A DNA stretch of 63,139 bases, filler included, from Circinaria calcarea (Eukaryota): NCBI GenBank assembly GCA_051942165.1. It is 49 parts of 49 records of this genome, joined end to end, with 100 filler letters (N's around TTAATTAATTAA, not from the genome) between each part and the next. Parts side by side here need not be neighbours in the genome. Positions count along the whole stretch, not along the records: positions 61,964 to 63,139 come from JAVECS010005174.1; 48 more parts are not named here. One strand, given 5' to 3'. The translations under genes and the position numbers were made by a program. Under the pieces are notes generated by a model, which ran no database searches, had not been told where the DNA came from, and was given only the letters and a program-made list of their open reading frames with translations. Position 1 is the stretch's first letter. Each line of letters opens with the position of its first letter. Below, piece after piece: positions 61,964 through 63,139 of this stretch.

Positions 61964-62362
61964 ATCATTGTGCATAGCAAGAGCGAAGAGAGATTTCTGC
62001 CTTTCGATCCTCTCAAGAATACTCATCACTTCTTTCTTCTCGAAAGGGAACGCGATGGTCTGACCGATCTTCCTGACCCCATGAGCAGGTTCAAGCTTCC
62101 GAAGAAGGGTGTCAAGGGCTTCAGAGAAGTCTTTGACCGGGTCCTCGAGTAGGATTAAGGTCTTCTCCCACGCGAACCCGAGCTTGTCATCTTGGGATAA
62201 GTTTTTCAGAGCTTCAAGGATATATTTGGCACTCTTGATTTCAGCGTGAAGCTTGGAGTTCCCTTCAAAGGCACAGCGCACATCGCCGAGAACGTGTAAG
62301 ATGGAACTGGTAAGCTGCAGAACAGCGACGATGCTAGCGGTAATGCTGAGTGGGTCTGCCAT
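61964..62362 (-). CDS. N-terminal HeLo-like domain of a fungal STAND/NLR protein
   Basis: MADPLSITASIVAVLQL... FPFEKKEV..IL.RIER.KSL..LAM.ND. Confidence 0.8.
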
Positions 62363-63139
62363 CGTCCCTTGAAAGACGCTTTACCGGAGCCAAAACGTCG
62401 AATCAACTATGGACAGAACTAAGTATCAGATGTAGAGGGACAAGAGCCATGGTGATAAGGGCTCAGAAGATAGCTGTCGATGAAGTTGCACCGATAAGAA
62501 GACTATGGATACAGCTGGGAGTTAGAAATCGATCATTCTGACAAGACTCAGCTTCGTCAACGTTCACAAATTTCCACCAATCAGCGCATAGAGGGCAGAG
62601 GCTCCGAGTCGAAGTATTTCGCGTCGATGGATCTTCAATGCGGTGCATACAATCTCGCGCGCAGCTTTCTGCTATTTCAAGGGATGCTACGAATAGACAG
62701 TTGAATGATTCTCCTTGTGGACTGACAGAAGAATACCTTCACGCCGGAGAATTCAAAGACGATCCAGCCCCTTCAGCCCTACCATACCGTACCCACGTGT
62801 GAAGCGAGGCTTTACCATAAGCGCCTTACCATACCAGTAGCGTCAAGCTGCGAGTGTGACGTAATAACGGCCTTGCGGGCTCACCTCGTCCCAAGGCCTA
62901 TAGTGAGAAGGATGCAGGAAGATAACACAGGATGCACAAGACGCTGCTGCTATGCTTCATACATGGCTTCAAGGTACGCTCTAATAGCTGACGACTCTAA
63001 TGGTGATGCGGAAGATTAATCTATAACAGGGAGGAGATGATACCTTTGGCGCTTACCCCGAACACCTTCGGGCCCTCATAAGCCATGCGCTACCCAAGAT
63101 CTCTGTTGCAGCGGTAACATATCCACAATTCGAGACTCG

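Overview
This is not a contiguous locus. It is a pseudo-scaffold of 49 short contigs, sorted by decreasing length (1204 to 1176 bp) and joined by an artificial 100-bp spacer (44 N + TTAATTAATTAA + 44 N, stops in all six frames), so nothing can be inferred from neighbourhood across spacers. The DNA is from a filamentous ascomycete (Pezizomycotina): short GT-AG introns, recognisable fungal proteins and RIP-like AT-rich tracts. Most contigs carry partial genes. These include housekeeping genes (NAR1, MCM4, VTC4, NOC3, LSM7, CSL4, POP4, ERV1, HEM4, RSM7, xanthine dehydrogenase, MNN9-family, DYRK kinase, sphingolipid desaturase), secondary-metabolism genes (DUF3328/UstYa, NRPS-like A domain) and NLR pieces. 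The most interesting signal is in the non-coding contigs, which hold small mobile elements with exact target-site duplications (TSDs). They include a triple-nested stack of solo LTRs (29992-30891), a 183-bp element with non-canonical AG...CT termini, an LTR family with a conserved hairpin-rich half and a divergent half, and three MITE-like elements of different types within 700 bp. Several of these elements sit in hypermutated DNA that spares CpG. I found no convincing new multi-gene system, and the fragmentation would hide one. All gene identities come from my recognition of motifs, not from database searches.
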